Positions 1 to 14,000 of a DNA stretch of 64,000 nucleotides are shown here, in pieces. The stretch's first letter is position 1. The number at the start of each line of letters is the position of its first letter. Position numbers and translations under genes: made by a program. The DNA is from Pelomyxa schiedti (lineage: Eukaryota > Protista > Evosea). Location: assembly GCA_020536535.1 (NCBI GenBank), contig JAHLWZ010000206.1:16268-80267 (forward strand). The letters run 5' to 3'. A model generated the notes under the pieces. That model ran no database searches, was not told where the DNA came from, and saw only the letters and a program-made list of their open reading frames with translations.

Positions 1-663
1 GCGGGAGTAGCGACAGTTAGTGATGTGACAGTTCCGATGACTGGCGCAAGAGCCGGCCCAGCTATGAACAATGGTGAAATCGACGAACAACCGAAAGTAC
101 CCCAGAAAGAAAAAGCAGAAGGAAAAAAAAAAAAAACCAAAAAAAAAAAAACTAAAAACCAAAAAAAAGCATAGGACTGATATTTATGCTATATGAATTC
201 TTACACACTTCGCTTTGGAGTAAGTTCGTCAACGGCCTCTTCCCACGCTGCTTTTGTCTTGGATTTAGAAATAATATCCTCTACGTCCAAGTCCCCCGCG
301 TCCTCTGAACTCCTCGTAAAAAAAAAAAATAATAAAAACCAAAGTGCGGGACGCCGACTACGCACCCCAGCTGTCGCCCATTTCTGTGATGGTGCGAGAC
401 TTTTAGTGAAAAAATTAGAAAATAGAAATGATCTTTTCCAGAAGGGGGAAAATCTTTCCCCTTGCTTACTTTCCCACAATGTAGTCCAGGACGGGAGCGG
501 AATCGGGACTCTCGAAGAACAGAAACAGCACCCTTGGTGATACAGACCACAGTCTCCCAACCTGGGGGAACTGAGTGGTTTTTGTTCCCTTCACTAAATC
601 CAACAGGCTAACTGACTGAGTCCATCCACCTCGTGTGGGCTTGGCGTAGCGGGTCTGAGACAT
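1..663 (-). CDS. Partial spliced hypothetical protein running off the left window edge
   Basis: ATG at 663 (MSQTRYAKP...), followed by candidate GT-AG introns and exon-like segments such as TRSSEDAGDLDVEDIISKSKTKAAWEEAVDELTPK. No family recognised. Confidence 0.3.
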
Positions 664-1199
664 TTTTTCTTTCCTTTTTCAGCACAATGAGGATGACCAG
701 GGTGCTTTTTCAGTTCCGTTCATCGTCAGGCCCGTGTGATTAATTGCATGTCCCAACCTCGGCAACCCAGACGAAAGTTTAAAGACCCTCGTTGACGAGG
801 TACACAAGACAGAATGGGACGTGATATCTGTGTCCCTCGAACAAGCCCCGCGAAACGCCAGACATTGATCTCGATCGGATTTTCCAGTATTCCGAGAGTG
901 GAACACCCTGGAATTCCACGCGCGATAATAGTGCAAATGAGAGGTTCATGATCTTTTTTCTGTTTTGCAACTCTTTATTGGTGCCCATTAGCGTTAATTA
1001 ATTTAGATTCGCCTCCAGCGAGCACACCAAACACAAAAAGAGAAAGCAACAAAGACATTAAAACAAATCGGCCCGCCTGGTTCTCTTGTGTTGTTGGTTT
1101 TAAAATTAGACAAAAAAAAAAAAACCAACAACAGGCACCCTCACTCTCATCACACAAAATCACCAAACACCCACTGCAACACAACAAAAACTATTCAAA

Positions 1200-4100
1200 A
1201 TGACTGAATTGCGAACTGTTGGGCCATTTATAATGGACAAGACCCTGGGGGAGGGTGCAACAGGTTGTGTTTTTATTTATTTTTTTTATTTTAACCGTTT
1301 GTTTTAGGGCGAGTGAAACTGGGGTATCACAAAGACAAGTATCAGAGTTTATTTGTTTATTTTTTTTTCCCTCCATACCGTTGTAGTCACTTATTATGTA
1401 CTCCAAAAGCGGCTTGAAAGTGGCAATAAAAATTGTGAGGAAAGGGATTCTGGAGAATGTACAAGTACTACATAAACTTGAGCGCGAAATCGCTTCTCTA
1501 CGAATTCTGGATCACCCACATGTACTAAAGTTGTATGAAGTATTTGAAAACTCGAGTTATTTGTATGTATCAAACCGTTGACTTTACTTTAACCATGTTT
1601 ATAGGTTTCTTGTTACAGAGTTTGCTCCTGGGGGAGAACTGTTCGATTATATTGTAAAAAGAGGAACTATGGACAATGGCGATGTATTGAGATTGTTTCA
1701 GATGTTAATAGACGGTGTTGACTACTGCCATGCACATTGTATATGGTGGGTGAAATTTTTTTTGGAGTTGTGCTAGTAAAACTGACACCTCTTACTAGCC
1801 ATCGTGATCTGAAACCGGAAAATGTAAGTCCACATGTACAAACGCATACAACAATCTAAACAAGCCAAAGCTTTTACTGGATTCGAATTTTCAACTGAAA
1901 ATTGCGGATTTTGGTAAGTGAAAGAGTGTATTAGACTCTCAATAATCATTTCCCAGGCATGGCAACCGCAATGAAAGAAGGCTCGCTACTGTCATCTAGT
2001 TGTGGGTATAGTACTCTCAAAAAGTTTTTTCTGAAAGCTCACTGCTCCAGATCTCCACATTATGCATGCCCTGAAGTTGTGAAGGTGAAAATTTCCACCG
2101 AATAATTCAACATCCCATTGCTTAATATTTTATTCAACAGGGAATCAACTATGACGGCAGGGCGGCTGATACATGGAGGTATTTTAATCAATTTAACTGC
2201 ACCCAATATCACTAATTTTATTTTTCTCCAGCTGTGGCATAATCCTGTTTGCCCTAGCAACTGTGTGCCCATAAATTCTTTCATTATTTGTTAACTCAAA
2301 TTCAGGGTAGACTACCCTTTGACGATGATACCAACAACATACGGGTTGTCCTGCGGAAAGTACATTCCTCTGGTGTCTTGAAAATCTTAATGGGGTTTTT
2401 AAACCAGGTTAAAGAAGGCGAATACCACTTTCCTCCATTTGTTCCCAAAGACATCAAGGACTTGATACAAAAGATTTTGGTCATTGATCCAGAAAAACGA
2501 ATCGATATTCGCGGCATTAAAGCACACCCATGGTTTCAATCAAACTTGGCCACGGTATACTGCCAACCATATGTGGACATCTGTGATGAGGTTCTATTGT
2601 CCCCATACCGTGTTAAAACACCTGAAACTATAACTAGGGTCCAGCCATTTCCCCAAAAAATGTGGACAGTGAAATAGTCATGACCCTTGAATCTCTTGGT
2701 CTAGGCACACATGACAGCATTACTCAATGCCTACAGTCAAGCAAGTCAGTTTTTGGCGCCTTTAACTTCAACCTCACATTGGAAATAGAAAGAACCAGCC
2801 TAGGGCTTTCTATCGAGTGCTTTTATATCGAAAACACAATCCTTTATCCAGTTTCCCGTATTGCCTATTAAGTTTCTATCTGGCCAACTTAGATAATACA
2901 GGATTCCCCCAACTCCTGGGCTGCGGTCGAGGTCTCTCAGTACTGGCGAAGCTCCCGACTCGTATCATTGCCTGTTCTACTTTGTTGTTTTAACAGTANN
3001 NNNNNNNNNNNNNNNNNNNNNNNNNNNNNNNNNNNNNNNNNNNNNNNNNNNNNNNNNNNNNNNNNNNNNNNNNNNNNNNNNNNNNNNNNNNNNNNNNNAT
3101 CTGGCCAACTTAGATAATACAGGATTCCCCCAACTCCTGGGCTGCGGTCGAGGTCTCTCAGTACTGGCGAAGCTCCCGACTCGTATCATTGCCTGTTCTA
3201 CTTTGTTGTTTTAACAGTACTCTTTCCCAGCCAACAATCTCCCAGTGGGGTCTCTACCTACACAGGGGCGCTAAAAGTAGACAATACTGAAACCCTTTCA
3301 ACCTCTGCACTTCCGTCTCCCTCACCTTCAACTATGATTAAGGTGCCACCTTTTCCCGAAGTTCACCACAGTGCGTCCCCCAGCATTTTCGAACCCATAT
3401 CTCCGGCACTAGCAATCCAAAATACACCCGCCATCCCCGATTCTCCATTTATCCCTCCGGCGGCTCCAACTCCCTTGCGCCTCTCAGCTCCTCTGCCATC
3501 TATTCCAAATCACCAAATCAAACACGCCAGAAATCCAGTCACCACTCAACCTGTATCCGCTTACAGTTCCGCCCCAACTCCTCGGCGTAGACTCTTACTA
3601 AGCAATATCCCTCCTGCTCACTTTTCTTCGTTCAATGCCCCCACACCATTATCCAACTCTAATCACCCATTTGTCGGCACTAGCATTTTACCACCCTTGG
3701 GTCCAGCCTCACCTCCATCTTTCCTCTCCGCAGCTGTTCACTTCCACACTCAGGTTCCCGGACAAAATCAGCTGTATAACTCTCAACAACCATCCTCAGG
3801 TTCCATAACACCCACTTCAACTTTGTCTCCCCCATCAAACAACACTCCCAACCTTACATCCCCCGGCTTCTCCAACCCATTTTTACTCAACCCCGATTCT
3901 CCTCTTCACACACAAGGATCACCACGTCAATCACCCCAACATATTCATCTGCCAGCACCAGTCAGGAACAACTCCCCAATTAACACAGTCATGCTACATC
4001 CTTTATCACCCACCATCACACCATCACCACCCCCACAACCGCTTTCCCCAGTTAGGACAATAAAACGATCCCGCGCAGAAAGGGAGCACGTTGCTTCTGA

Positions 4101-4874
4101 CTCACCAATCCTCGCCACCAGGTAATGAAAAACAAACACACACAAAAAAGAAGAAGCCATCAATCTCACATGATATCATGCAGCCCCGCCCACCGTTCCT
4201 TTGTATCGAGTATATTCCAAAACGGAACCAGGAAGCCTAGTCACATGCAATTTCTCAGCAACAAACGCACACTGGACATCATCGCCGAGTTGGAGAGATA
4301 CCTCGAGTCCCTTGGTGTCAAGTGCACCGTTTCGTCCTCTGAAATGATGACCGGCAAATACTCCACCCTGGAAGGTTCAACCCCCACCCCCCTCCCCCAC
4401 CAAATTTGCAAATTGCAACTGCCACTGCACCGAAACAACCCCATTTCATCCCGATTCTAAATTTCCCTTTCCCATGCTCCCTGTACAGGCACCTCTTCCG
4501 TCGACTTTGTAGTGGAAATAGTCAAGCCGCCGGCGTCGACGTCGCCTGACCTGCCTTCCTCGTCGTCATCCACCTCCACCACTGCATCCTCGTCGTCGTC
4601 ATCGTCATCGTCATCGTCACCGTCATCGACATCGACATCAACATCGCCTTCGGCCACCACGGCCAACCCAGGGTCCCTCACGCCGCCGCCGTCGCCGTCC
4701 CACAGGCCCACGTCGCCCAGGGCGTCGACGCCGCGGTCCACCCCTGTCACGACTCACAGGGCGTGCCCCCCGGGAACAACCCAGGTGTTCTTCCGCTATG
4801 TCTCTGGCGACTACGGCCTCTACAGTGATTTATGCTCTGTGCTCCTCAAAGAAGTAGACCTGTGGGAGCACTAA
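1200..4874 (+). CDS. BRSK/SAD/AMPK-related Ser/Thr kinase (CAMK group) with Pro/Ser-rich linker and probable C-terminal KA1 domain; multi-exon
   Basis: Spliced translation: [27 protein letters not shown]...VAIKI...[10 protein letters not shown]...GGELFDYIV...HRDLKPEN...KIADFGMA...[12 protein letters not shown]...[18 protein letters not shown]...GRLPFDDD. Introns are canonical GT-AG. The C-terminal [15 protein letters not shown] resembles KA1. Confidence 0.93.
2878..3219. other. Assembly gap (100 N) with exact 121-bp duplicated flank
   Basis: 2878-2998 is identical to 3099-3219 on either side of N2999-3098. Confidence 0.95.
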
Positions 4875-5094
4875 TCTACTACACACTACACAATCCCAAC
4901 TATACTACCTTATCTTCACTCAGCTGAGATAGCGGCCAACAATCATCAATCTCCACGCACTGTATTACTCCAACTTTTGAATATTTTTAGAGCCACAAGA
5001 ATAGGAAAAAACCAAAAGAAAAGTTTTTTTTTCACAATGATTTGTTTGTGGGGAATGTTAGTGCCACCTCGTTCTGGCTTTTTTCCTGGTCATC

Positions 5095-8000
5095 TCACTC
5101 ATTGCTCGAAGCTTCTCCTTCTGTTATGGTGTTAGAGATTGGGATAAATAATGAGGGGAGATTTACCCTTGATGCTGTGGGGTTGGTGAGAGGGTTGGCA
5201 AAGTGCCTTTTGGAGTGCAGGAGTGCTGCGGTGGTGTGTGGCTGTTGGGAGGTGGCTATGATTTTCGGCTGGTGCGTGAGTGTATTATTACACTGTTGCT
5301 GGGCTGCTGCACTTGGTTTGGGTGCGTTGGATTGAGTGGACAGTTTGGAATGAAGAGTGGGTGTGACAAGCTGGGCGGCGGCAGTAACCGCTGCGGTTGC
5401 GGTTTCAAAGAGGTTGGGGTGCAATGTAGTAGTAACTTTAGGGGGTTTCCTAAGTGATGGAATCTGCTTGCCTGCTGGAATTTCACTCCCTGCTCTGGCT
5501 GGTCGTACTAGTTGTTTCCTTGGTACTTGGAGGCATCTAACTACACTAGGCTGCTTCTGAGTTGGGGAGCTTATTTTCTTCTGCGTTATTGGTGCTGTTT
5601 CAAACTTTACTCTTTTGGCTGGAGAAAACCTGGTGAATGGGATAGACTTGGGGTGGTCTTCCTGGAGACTGTTCCTTAAACACCCTTTCAATGAAGGAGA
5701 ATGTGGATGAATATGAGCTTTTGGAGGAATGAATTGAATTGGTGCAGGTTCACGCTTGAGTGGGGCTAGGGGTGGGTCTACGGGCTGTGAGAGAGATGAC
5801 AGCTTCACTGGTTGAAACTCGGATGCATCAGGTGCTGAGGCTGATAATAATCCTAGTATTATTCCATCAATATCAGGCGATATGAGGTTATGTGCTGCAA
5901 AGGCTGTTACATAGCAAGTATTAAAAGAGAGCACATACACTTGGCTATTTGAAGCAAGTACCGTGAAATTGCAGAAAGAGCACTACAGTTGAGTGATTGT
6001 TTACGTAATTCCGAAAGATAGTCTTTTTCTATGTAGTCACCTAGTTCCAGTTGAAGTGCAGCTTTGTAATCTGCTAACGTGTGCACAACTTCCGCCAGTT
6101 TACTAAGTTCAATGCCTACTGAAGTCAAAAAAAATATGATAAGGATTAGCCCGCACATTGGTCCTGTGCCTCTTCCACCAACTTAATGCAGGATATTCGA
6201 GCCTCATTGGCTTGAAGAACTACATCAGCTGGGGTTGGAGATACACTAGTGTCACCGGGGGGTAATATTGATGAAGTAATCGTTCTCCAAGAAGAAAATT
6301 GTGCAGTGATTGATGACGTGAGTTGGTGATTGATTGCTGTGCGTTTTGAAAGCACTTCCTGCAGCTTTTTAACAAACTGATCAGTGGTACTGGTCCTTTG
6401 GGGCAGTTTATACTTGGTTGTTCTATCATCTGTTTAGAATTTACCAATAAACAAAGGATGGAAAATCTCTACGTTCTAGCTGCCATGCAAGCTGCTGAGA
6501 CCGAGATTTCTCTTCTTTAAGTTGTTCATTCAAATCATCGATGATGGCTTTGTATTGGCGTGGTGATAATCCATAATTGATTACTGTCCTTGATACCTAA
6601 TTTATACACTTTGTTGGCAGTGTTTTTGACTTAAGGCAGTAATCTGCACCTGCACTTTAATTTCCTTTGTTCTTTTTGCATATTCCAATGTATTGAAAGT
6701 ATCTTCAAGAGACTTACTTGACGGACTCACATTCGCAATCATTACCGTACGGCAATTTCCGCCGAGTGAATCCTTCCAGAAGTGTTGATAAAAGAGAGGT
6801 GTGTATGGAACAACCTTCAACAGCCTTGTAAGCTTAGGTAAAGTGAGTTCAAACAAATAAGGTTGTCAAACGGTTTACTTTGCTGTCCCGGAAAGGGATA
6901 TATGAACCCTTCTTATACTTTGGATTCCCTAAGGCGTTGATGCAATTGGCAAGAGCGAGAAGAGATTTATTTATAGCCGCCCCTTCTTTCTGACGTTCAC
7001 TATGATTCTGTGTCTGGGTTGGAATAGCTAAATTTACATAGGGACTTGCATGTTCATTTCAGGGAACTATTCAACGTAATAATATTTCTATTTATATGTA
7101 CCGTGGTACTTGTTGCTCTCTCTGAGCCAGCAAGATCTATAAGAGAAAGTTTTCCAGATGTCACAGTGGAGTCAGCAAGAGTTGTGCGTTCCACAATGAT
7201 CTGCGAACTTTCAGACGTCGTTTGGTTGGGACCAGATTACCTGGAAAACGGCATGACTACGAGATGACTCCGCATTTGTATCAGTGGGGTGTTGCGTTCG
7301 ATTTTTGTTAGCAAATTGTAGCATTTCATGAACCTTTGCAAGGTTAACATTCAACATGTTGTCAATTTGTGGTACCTCCTCCCAGGATTGTGGCTTATTA
7401 GTTGTTACACCAGTTAACACAACTTGCTTTCCAGATTCCCGAATTTCAATTGGTGGAGAATCTGGTGAAAAGAGATCCCTACCAAGTGAGTTAATTTGGC
7501 TGTTTTGGGCTTGTATTTATGGTTACCGTATTTTTTCATTGTAAACTTCAATACATAGAATCTTAACATTGATTGTATGCTCTTTGTCATTTTTTATTTT
7601 CTGAAACAGCTCTTTCATTGCCAGACCCATTACTCCTGGCCCATATTGAGCGTTCCCAATCATCGTGTGAGTCTTACCAGAACCTGTTTGCATTGAATAA
7701 GTTGGTATTCCGTTCTGCAATGGGAAGTACCAGTTGCACCTGAGTGTTGCCATTAGATGCATGTTTATTGTGTCTGTCCTCTTACCATAGGCAAATACAG
7801 TAGCATTATAGCCATCCAGAACAGAATCTATGAGGCCCTCAGTTGCAATTGAATACACCTCTTCTTGTGTGGACGTATCATTGAACACCTGTATCCAAGG
7901 TTACCATCTTGTAATTGCAGTCCTCACATACTCTATCAAACGAAAACATCTTATTCTTGAAGCGGTGCTTTGTGGAGCCTCCTCTGTGATCTTCTGGGTC

Positions 8001-8984
8001 CGGTTCACGATCAAACCATAGTGTATTGGTATCAACTACTTCAATAGCAGGAAAGAACCCTAATTGGATTTCTTGAAGGCTTGATGGCCGCACTCTGTTG
8101 AAGATCGTTTAGGGAAAGGGGTGTAAAAATCAATTAAACCTTACAAACACTGTTATTCGTTGGTTGATTTTGTTGTTGCTATCCGCTGCCTCTCTTGAAG
8201 CATCACCTTCATATCCATTCCCTTTGAATACCAGGCTCTCATCCTTATAATCAAGTTGGGTGCTCAGATTAATGGTATTATCAGTCGAATGTGGCAGTGA
8301 AGATTGCAAGGAGAAATCGTGCTGCAGTTGTTTTTCTTTGGAGTCAAATTCCGGAACCATCATCTGAGGTTGTGACAGTGGTTTCAGTTCCTGTAGAACT
8401 TGAGGCCGTGAAGTTTGTTCTGCCACTTGATTTGTCGTACTGGAAATGTCCACCTCTGAACATAGTATCTGCCCTTCAGAGTGTTGTGTTGTAGGATTCG
8501 ACTTCCCCAGCAAACTTACAGCAGCCACAGGAGATTTTGAGACGTGTCGTCCAGAAGGGGCCTTACCATTGGCCGATGCTGTGCGAGCTGGAACAAGGGG
8601 TGTAATGGGAGGAAATTGCACAGAAGGCGACACCGGCCCAGTTGTGTGACTTAGAGGTTGGGTTATGGACTTTGAGTGTCGCAGGAAGTCCGACGACGAC
8701 TGGAGTTTCGTGAGTGTGGTGGAATTGAGTGAAGAGAATGTCTGCAGTGGATGCCACTCCTCGAGAGGCAGCGAAGGCTGCGGCAATTTCGTGTACGGCG
8801 GAACCTTGAAGTGTGGATCAACGACAGATGATGGCTTAACAACAGGAATCTGGGATTTTCGTTTGGACGTGACGTCGTCGAAGAGGGACTCGAGGGAGGG
8901 TGGTAAAGGACCACCTTTTACGGGAGCATTCCCTACTGTCGAATTTGCCGTTGCAACCATCCCAGTCACCGGTGCACCATCCAT
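5095..8984 (-). CDS. Kinesin-8 family (KIF18/KIF19-like) motor protein; multi-exon, long N-terminal extension
   Basis: Motifs: ITVFVR, FSFDRV, GYNATVFAYGATGSGKTHTM (P-loop), [82 protein letters not shown]. Coiled coil and low-complexity tail follow. Confidence 0.93.
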
Positions 8985-9258
8985 GCAGTAACCCCCTCTT
9001 TATTTTTATTTTTATTATGTCTTTTTAATGAACGAGTACGGGAGTTTTTTTTTGTGATGAAGGCCCTCGCGCATTTTCGTGTTTTGCCAAGGAGACAGCA
9101 GTTCCCGGACGAACTCAAACAGTAACACAATTTATTTAGTGTTGGACGGGTTTGAGAGGTTCCGCTCTGACTTTATTGAGATCTATTGATCTGTCTATTG
9201 CTTCATTCACTTCCCCTATGACGGCTCTAAAGAGAGGAATCGTTAAATAAGAGTTGTC

Positions 9259-10966
9259 ATGTCATTTGGTGTGGTGTTAACACTTGATTTCATTATAGAA
9301 ATAAGTCTAAAGAAGAATAGAATAGGTCCCATACATGTTGTCACCACGAATAACATGTAATCCCAGTGTGACACATTCAACTCCTTTTGTTGAGAAGGAA
9401 CGTTCATGGCACTGTGGAGCAGAGTCAAATGGCAATAATTTAAAGGAAAAGCTACAAGGCAAACAAACAAAAAACAAAGGGTAAAGGCAAACAAACAAAA
9501 AACAAAGGGTAAAGTTACTGTAAACCTAACCACTAACAAATGGGGAAGAATAAAAAGTAGTAACCTTTTCCAAAATGACGTTGATGTGCTGGTCATAACC
9601 ACGCAATGTCCCCTAATATTTCGTAGTTAAGAATTAGGTATCCTCGACGAAAAGGTTTGAATAAGTCAGTGCCTGGCAGCTCAAAAAATTTACCAAGCTG
9701 TTGCCAATTATTTTTTCATATAAAATATTTTGCACNNNNNNNNNNNNNNNNNNNNNNNNNNNNNNNNNNNNNNNNNNNNNNNNNNNNNNNNNNNNNNNNN
9801 NNNNNNNNNNNNNNNNNNNNNNNNNNNNNNNNNNNAATATTTCGTAGTTAAGAATTAGGTATCCTCGACGAAAAGGTTTGAATAAGTCAGTGCCTGGCAG
9901 CTCAAAAAATTTACCAAGCTGTTGCCAATTATTTTTTCATATAAAATATTTTGCACGTAGTTATGCACACCACTATAATTCTTCCATCATTTGTTATAAC
10001 TTCAATGAGCTCTGCCAAAAATTGGTAGCAATTAGTTCCAGTGACAACGGTGCAAAACAACATAAAGGAGTTAAGCAAGTGGCACAATCAGTTGCTGGGT
10101 GAATTGTTTCTACGCACGATTGACCATGCCCTCCAATATGCCGGTCATCTTTTAACAGCACAAAAGAATTCGTAATGATGCAATTTGATTGTAGATCGTG
10201 TCGTAACGGAAGTTTTGTAGCCATTGTAACAATGAGTGCGCGTGCGTGGGCAGTTCTATTTGGGGTTGTCACATTTTCATTTTGCACTTGTGGGTCTCAA
10301 ATGACTCTCGAGGTTGTGCTAAATTTGTGTTGTTTTCCTGCCTTTCTTTATCCCTCTGTTTATTTCCAACATTAAGTGGAACTCTAATTCAGTGCCCTTA
10401 GGAATTGCAGACTGCTTTGCAATCAGAAATTTCACTTACCAAAAATTTGAGCAGCATTGCAAAGGCAGTAAGTTCTAACACCAAAAAAAAACCCCCAAAT
10501 AGCCAACATAACAACAAACCAATAATAAGAAAAAAGCAAGTTGAAACTGCAAGAATAGCCAGGGAACATGCTCTTCAGGCCTCTACTAATGCAGAGTCTG
10601 TTTTGAATGCTGCTCATGAAATATTACAAACAGCACAAAAGCAAGCTGCCGAGATAATAAAATCCGCTCACGAAAACGCTACAAAAATCGTTTCGAAGGC
10701 TGTTTTGCAAGAACCTCAAATGTGCAATATAGTTTTGGAAGTTAAAGAGTGCACACAGTGTGTGCAATCATTCCCCCTATCACACCCTGTTCACACATGA
10801 AAGGATTCAACTGCAGTACGCTGTCATTGGGATATTTGGGGGACTTTGCTTGTCATGGGCATACTACTCGTGCCTCAATATAATTGGCATGCACAACAAA
10901 CCTTAAAATCAAAGCACCATGGAATGTGGAGAAAAAAAAAGGGACTAAGAGCCACAAAATCCGGCA
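9259..10966 (+). CDS. Hypothetical spliced protein with coiled coil and C-terminal hydrophobic anchor; 5' structure uncertain
   Basis: ORF 10405-10800 is coiled-coil-like (AREHALQAS...QKQAAEIIKSAHENA). An intron then leads to IQLQYAVIGIFGGLCLSWAYYSCLNIIGMHNKP*. Upstream exons are tentative and span an assembly gap. Confidence 0.35.
9456..9514. repeat. 28-bp tandem duplication
   Basis: aaggcaaacaaacaaaaaacaaagggta x2 plus aag. Confidence 0.9.
9615..9956. other. Assembly gap (100 N) with exact 121-bp duplicated flank
   Basis: 9615-9735 is identical to 9836-9956. Confidence 0.95.
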
Positions 10967-11071
10967 AAAGGTACATAAAAAAAATCCATGGAAAACAAAA
11001 CAAGCTTTATTTCCAACACTTTTTTTCTACTTGCAAGTCATTACATAATATTTTTATAGTATCACAGACAG

Positions 11072-14000
11072 TCAATGTCCGGAGAGTTTGGAGGAAGTCG
11101 ATTTACTTCTGCTTCTAGACGTGGCACTTGGTTCTGATACAGCAAGCCGTGCTAAGTCTCCTGACAGTGATTTAAGTGAGGTTACAATGTGTGACAGTTT
11201 ATCAAAGTCGGGGTGCTTCTTGGTAGTAGACTGAAGCATCTCCTAAGTTCACATAAGAAAGCCAGAAGGAAACATGGAATTAAAAATTCAGCACCTGGGT
11301 GAGGAGATAATAGTCTGAAACACGCTTCATTGGCCTCTCTAGCAGCACCTTTAGGTCTCCCCGTTCTCTTGATTCCAGGTCCTTGTGAAATTGTTAAGGA
11401 TTAAAGTGTGTAAGAGGAAAGGAGATAACCCGTAGCCAGAAATTGAAAATTTCATTGGTCTGTGCTGCAACAAGTGCTTTAAGTTGGGAGGGTTTGTGTG
11501 ATACATATTGCGTGTACAGGGGTTGGAAGAACGGCTTTTCGTACTAGGTAAATTCTTAATTTTCATTCTGCATAGTCAAAGGGATTTACCTTTTCAAACA
11601 AGTCTGTTAGAGTCTTGTTTGATTGCCATTCTTCTTGTCTTTGTTTTACATCTTCATGGAATCTGTTTTCATTGAATACTCAATAAAGGGGAACCGTGAA
11701 AAGTACTCTTTATGTATACGAACAAGTGCCTCAAAGTTGCTTAGAACTTGTTCAGCAATAGCTGGTTTGATCATTGCCCCCCCGGAATCAGCGGCTTTTT
11801 TAATGGGAAGTAGATATGTCTACAAGAACTTGATTTAACAAGAAATGACCAAATAAGGACCTCATAAGTCAAAGTTAGGTAGCTAACATAGTCAGCCTCT
11901 GTAGCCAGAAGCTGTGAGACCATGTTCTCCCTTTTCTCCTCATATTCAGCATCTCTATGCTCCTCAAAGACTTTACTTCCTTCAGATTCTGCAGTATCCC
12001 TCTTTTTTACGTAACAGAAAGGAAAAAAAACTGTCAGGAAATGAATGCAAATAGTAGCAACCTTTGTAAACAGATCTTGGAGCATTGATTCCTGTTGGGC
12101 GGAAATTGCATTACTTATGGCTGCCCTCCATTCTTCAGCCTCTGTTGTACTTACAGCTTTGCAGTTCTTAGTACCTTCCAATGCAACTATAGCAAATCTG
12201 ACTCCATCACAAGGTTGAGCGGAAGCCGTTTTTAAATTTACAGTGCTTTTATACCTGTGTTGAGTTAAGTTTTACAGTTTGTTTTCCTCTAGATCGGGAG
12301 CATACTTAAAGGTTCCTTTTTTTGACTCGGGGAGAGTGACAATGATGAGATCAGAAAATAACCACAGACGACTCATTGTTTTGTTGATTTCTAAATCTCC
12401 AGCTTTGATAAATTTTCTTTTCTTTACTCCTGAAAGGTCAGAACCATCATAGCCCTTAATTTTCGCTTGTATGACATCCAGTTCTCTATAGAGAAGAGTG
12501 GTTAAACTTAAATTAACAATGAGGAAAGTTACGCCTGATTGTCGGATATTTGCTTTTGTAAATTGACATAATCTGCAAGTTCTTTAATGACATGCAGTGC
12601 CTCTGTTAGACCATGGAAATCTGGGTGAACTGAGGGAGTGGAGCGCAGCATATCGGAAAGAAGAAGAACATCTACTTTTGTGAGTGGAGGGGGATATGAT
12701 GCAAGGTACTCACAGCGAGGAATGCGTTGCACAGGAGCAATGAGTAAACCTTCCAGATTTAACCCATTTAAGGCCTTAGAGTAGTCCAGACCCTGATACC
12801 ATTAAGTGAGGCTGTTACTGTATAACACATACCTTCAGATAGGCACTAAAAGCAGGGTGCTTTTCGCGGGCAATTCGTAGTGTACTCATTGAAACACCAT
12901 AATTATTTACATAATACTTATAGAATCTGATCCACCCTGTCTGCAAAAAAAAAAAACTTTAAAACTTTCATGAAAAGGCGGAACTTCATACAGCAAGGAA
13001 AATTTCACTAAGACCGCTGTTATCTCCCCAACATTCCACAACTTTACTGATAGATTGTTTCAATCTTTACAACCAGTGAGATCCAAAAAAGCTCTGGGAT
13101 GGTAGACAAGAAACACACCTTTCATGGCAATCCCGGATCACTGCGAAACTCTGTTAGTATAATTATGATACTGTAACACAATACCTTCAATGTTTGAAAA
13201 CATTTCATACACTTCGTTCTTAGACACTCCTAAACCATCTTTTTTAAGAGGATAGAAGAATTTCTATGTGAAGCTTACAGAAAGTATGACAATGCAGAGA
13301 ACCTTACCTCTACAATAATGTTTAACACATCCACATAGGTCTTTTCAGTCACCAGGATTTCATTTGCTACTTGTTGCCTTTTTTTCAGTTTTTGAGGTAG
13401 CTGTTCTAGTTGCTCTGAATCCAAAGCGTGAACCCAGTCTCCAGTGGCCGTTGGTGCAAGTGAGTTGGGAGATAATGGAGACCCATACATGGATGACAGG
13501 GGGGAAGAGGTAGTAATTGACGTGGCGACTGAGGACAAAGCCGGGTCTGTTGGAGGAGGGATAAAAGGTGGAGGTAAATCATTAGGCGGTGCAGTGGGGG
13601 GGCCAACATCCACTGGTGGAGGGGGAGGGAGGTCGAAACCTGGTGGTGTGGTGGGAGGAGTCAGATCCATTGGAGGGGGTGGTGGGAGATTTGCTCCTGG
13701 TGGTGGTGTAGTGGGAGCTCCTGGCTCTGTTGGGGGTATGGTTGGTGATGATGCAAGCTGTGAGGAAGGGAATGATGTGGATTTGTTGGATTGAGATAGA
13801 ACAGTCATGGATTGTGAGTGGGGAATTATCAGTGGGGGAGGTGCAATGAATGAGGCAGACATTGACAGGAAGTTTGAATTTGATTGCACTATTGGTTTTT
13901 GAGTTTAGTCTTAAAAAAAAAAAATAGGGTTTGAAAAGTAAAGAAGAAAAAAAAGGAAATAGAGGCAAGAAGCTCAAGAAAGAGATGTATCTTACTTAGC

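Noticed and set aside
2878-3219. 121-bp direct repeat flanking an N run
   Set aside because: The same exact 121-bp length occurs at both gaps, which points to an unresolved assembler overlap rather than biology.
9615-9956. Second 121-bp direct repeat giving duplicate ORFs MNKSVPGSSK...
   Set aside because: Same scaffolding artefact as the first gap.
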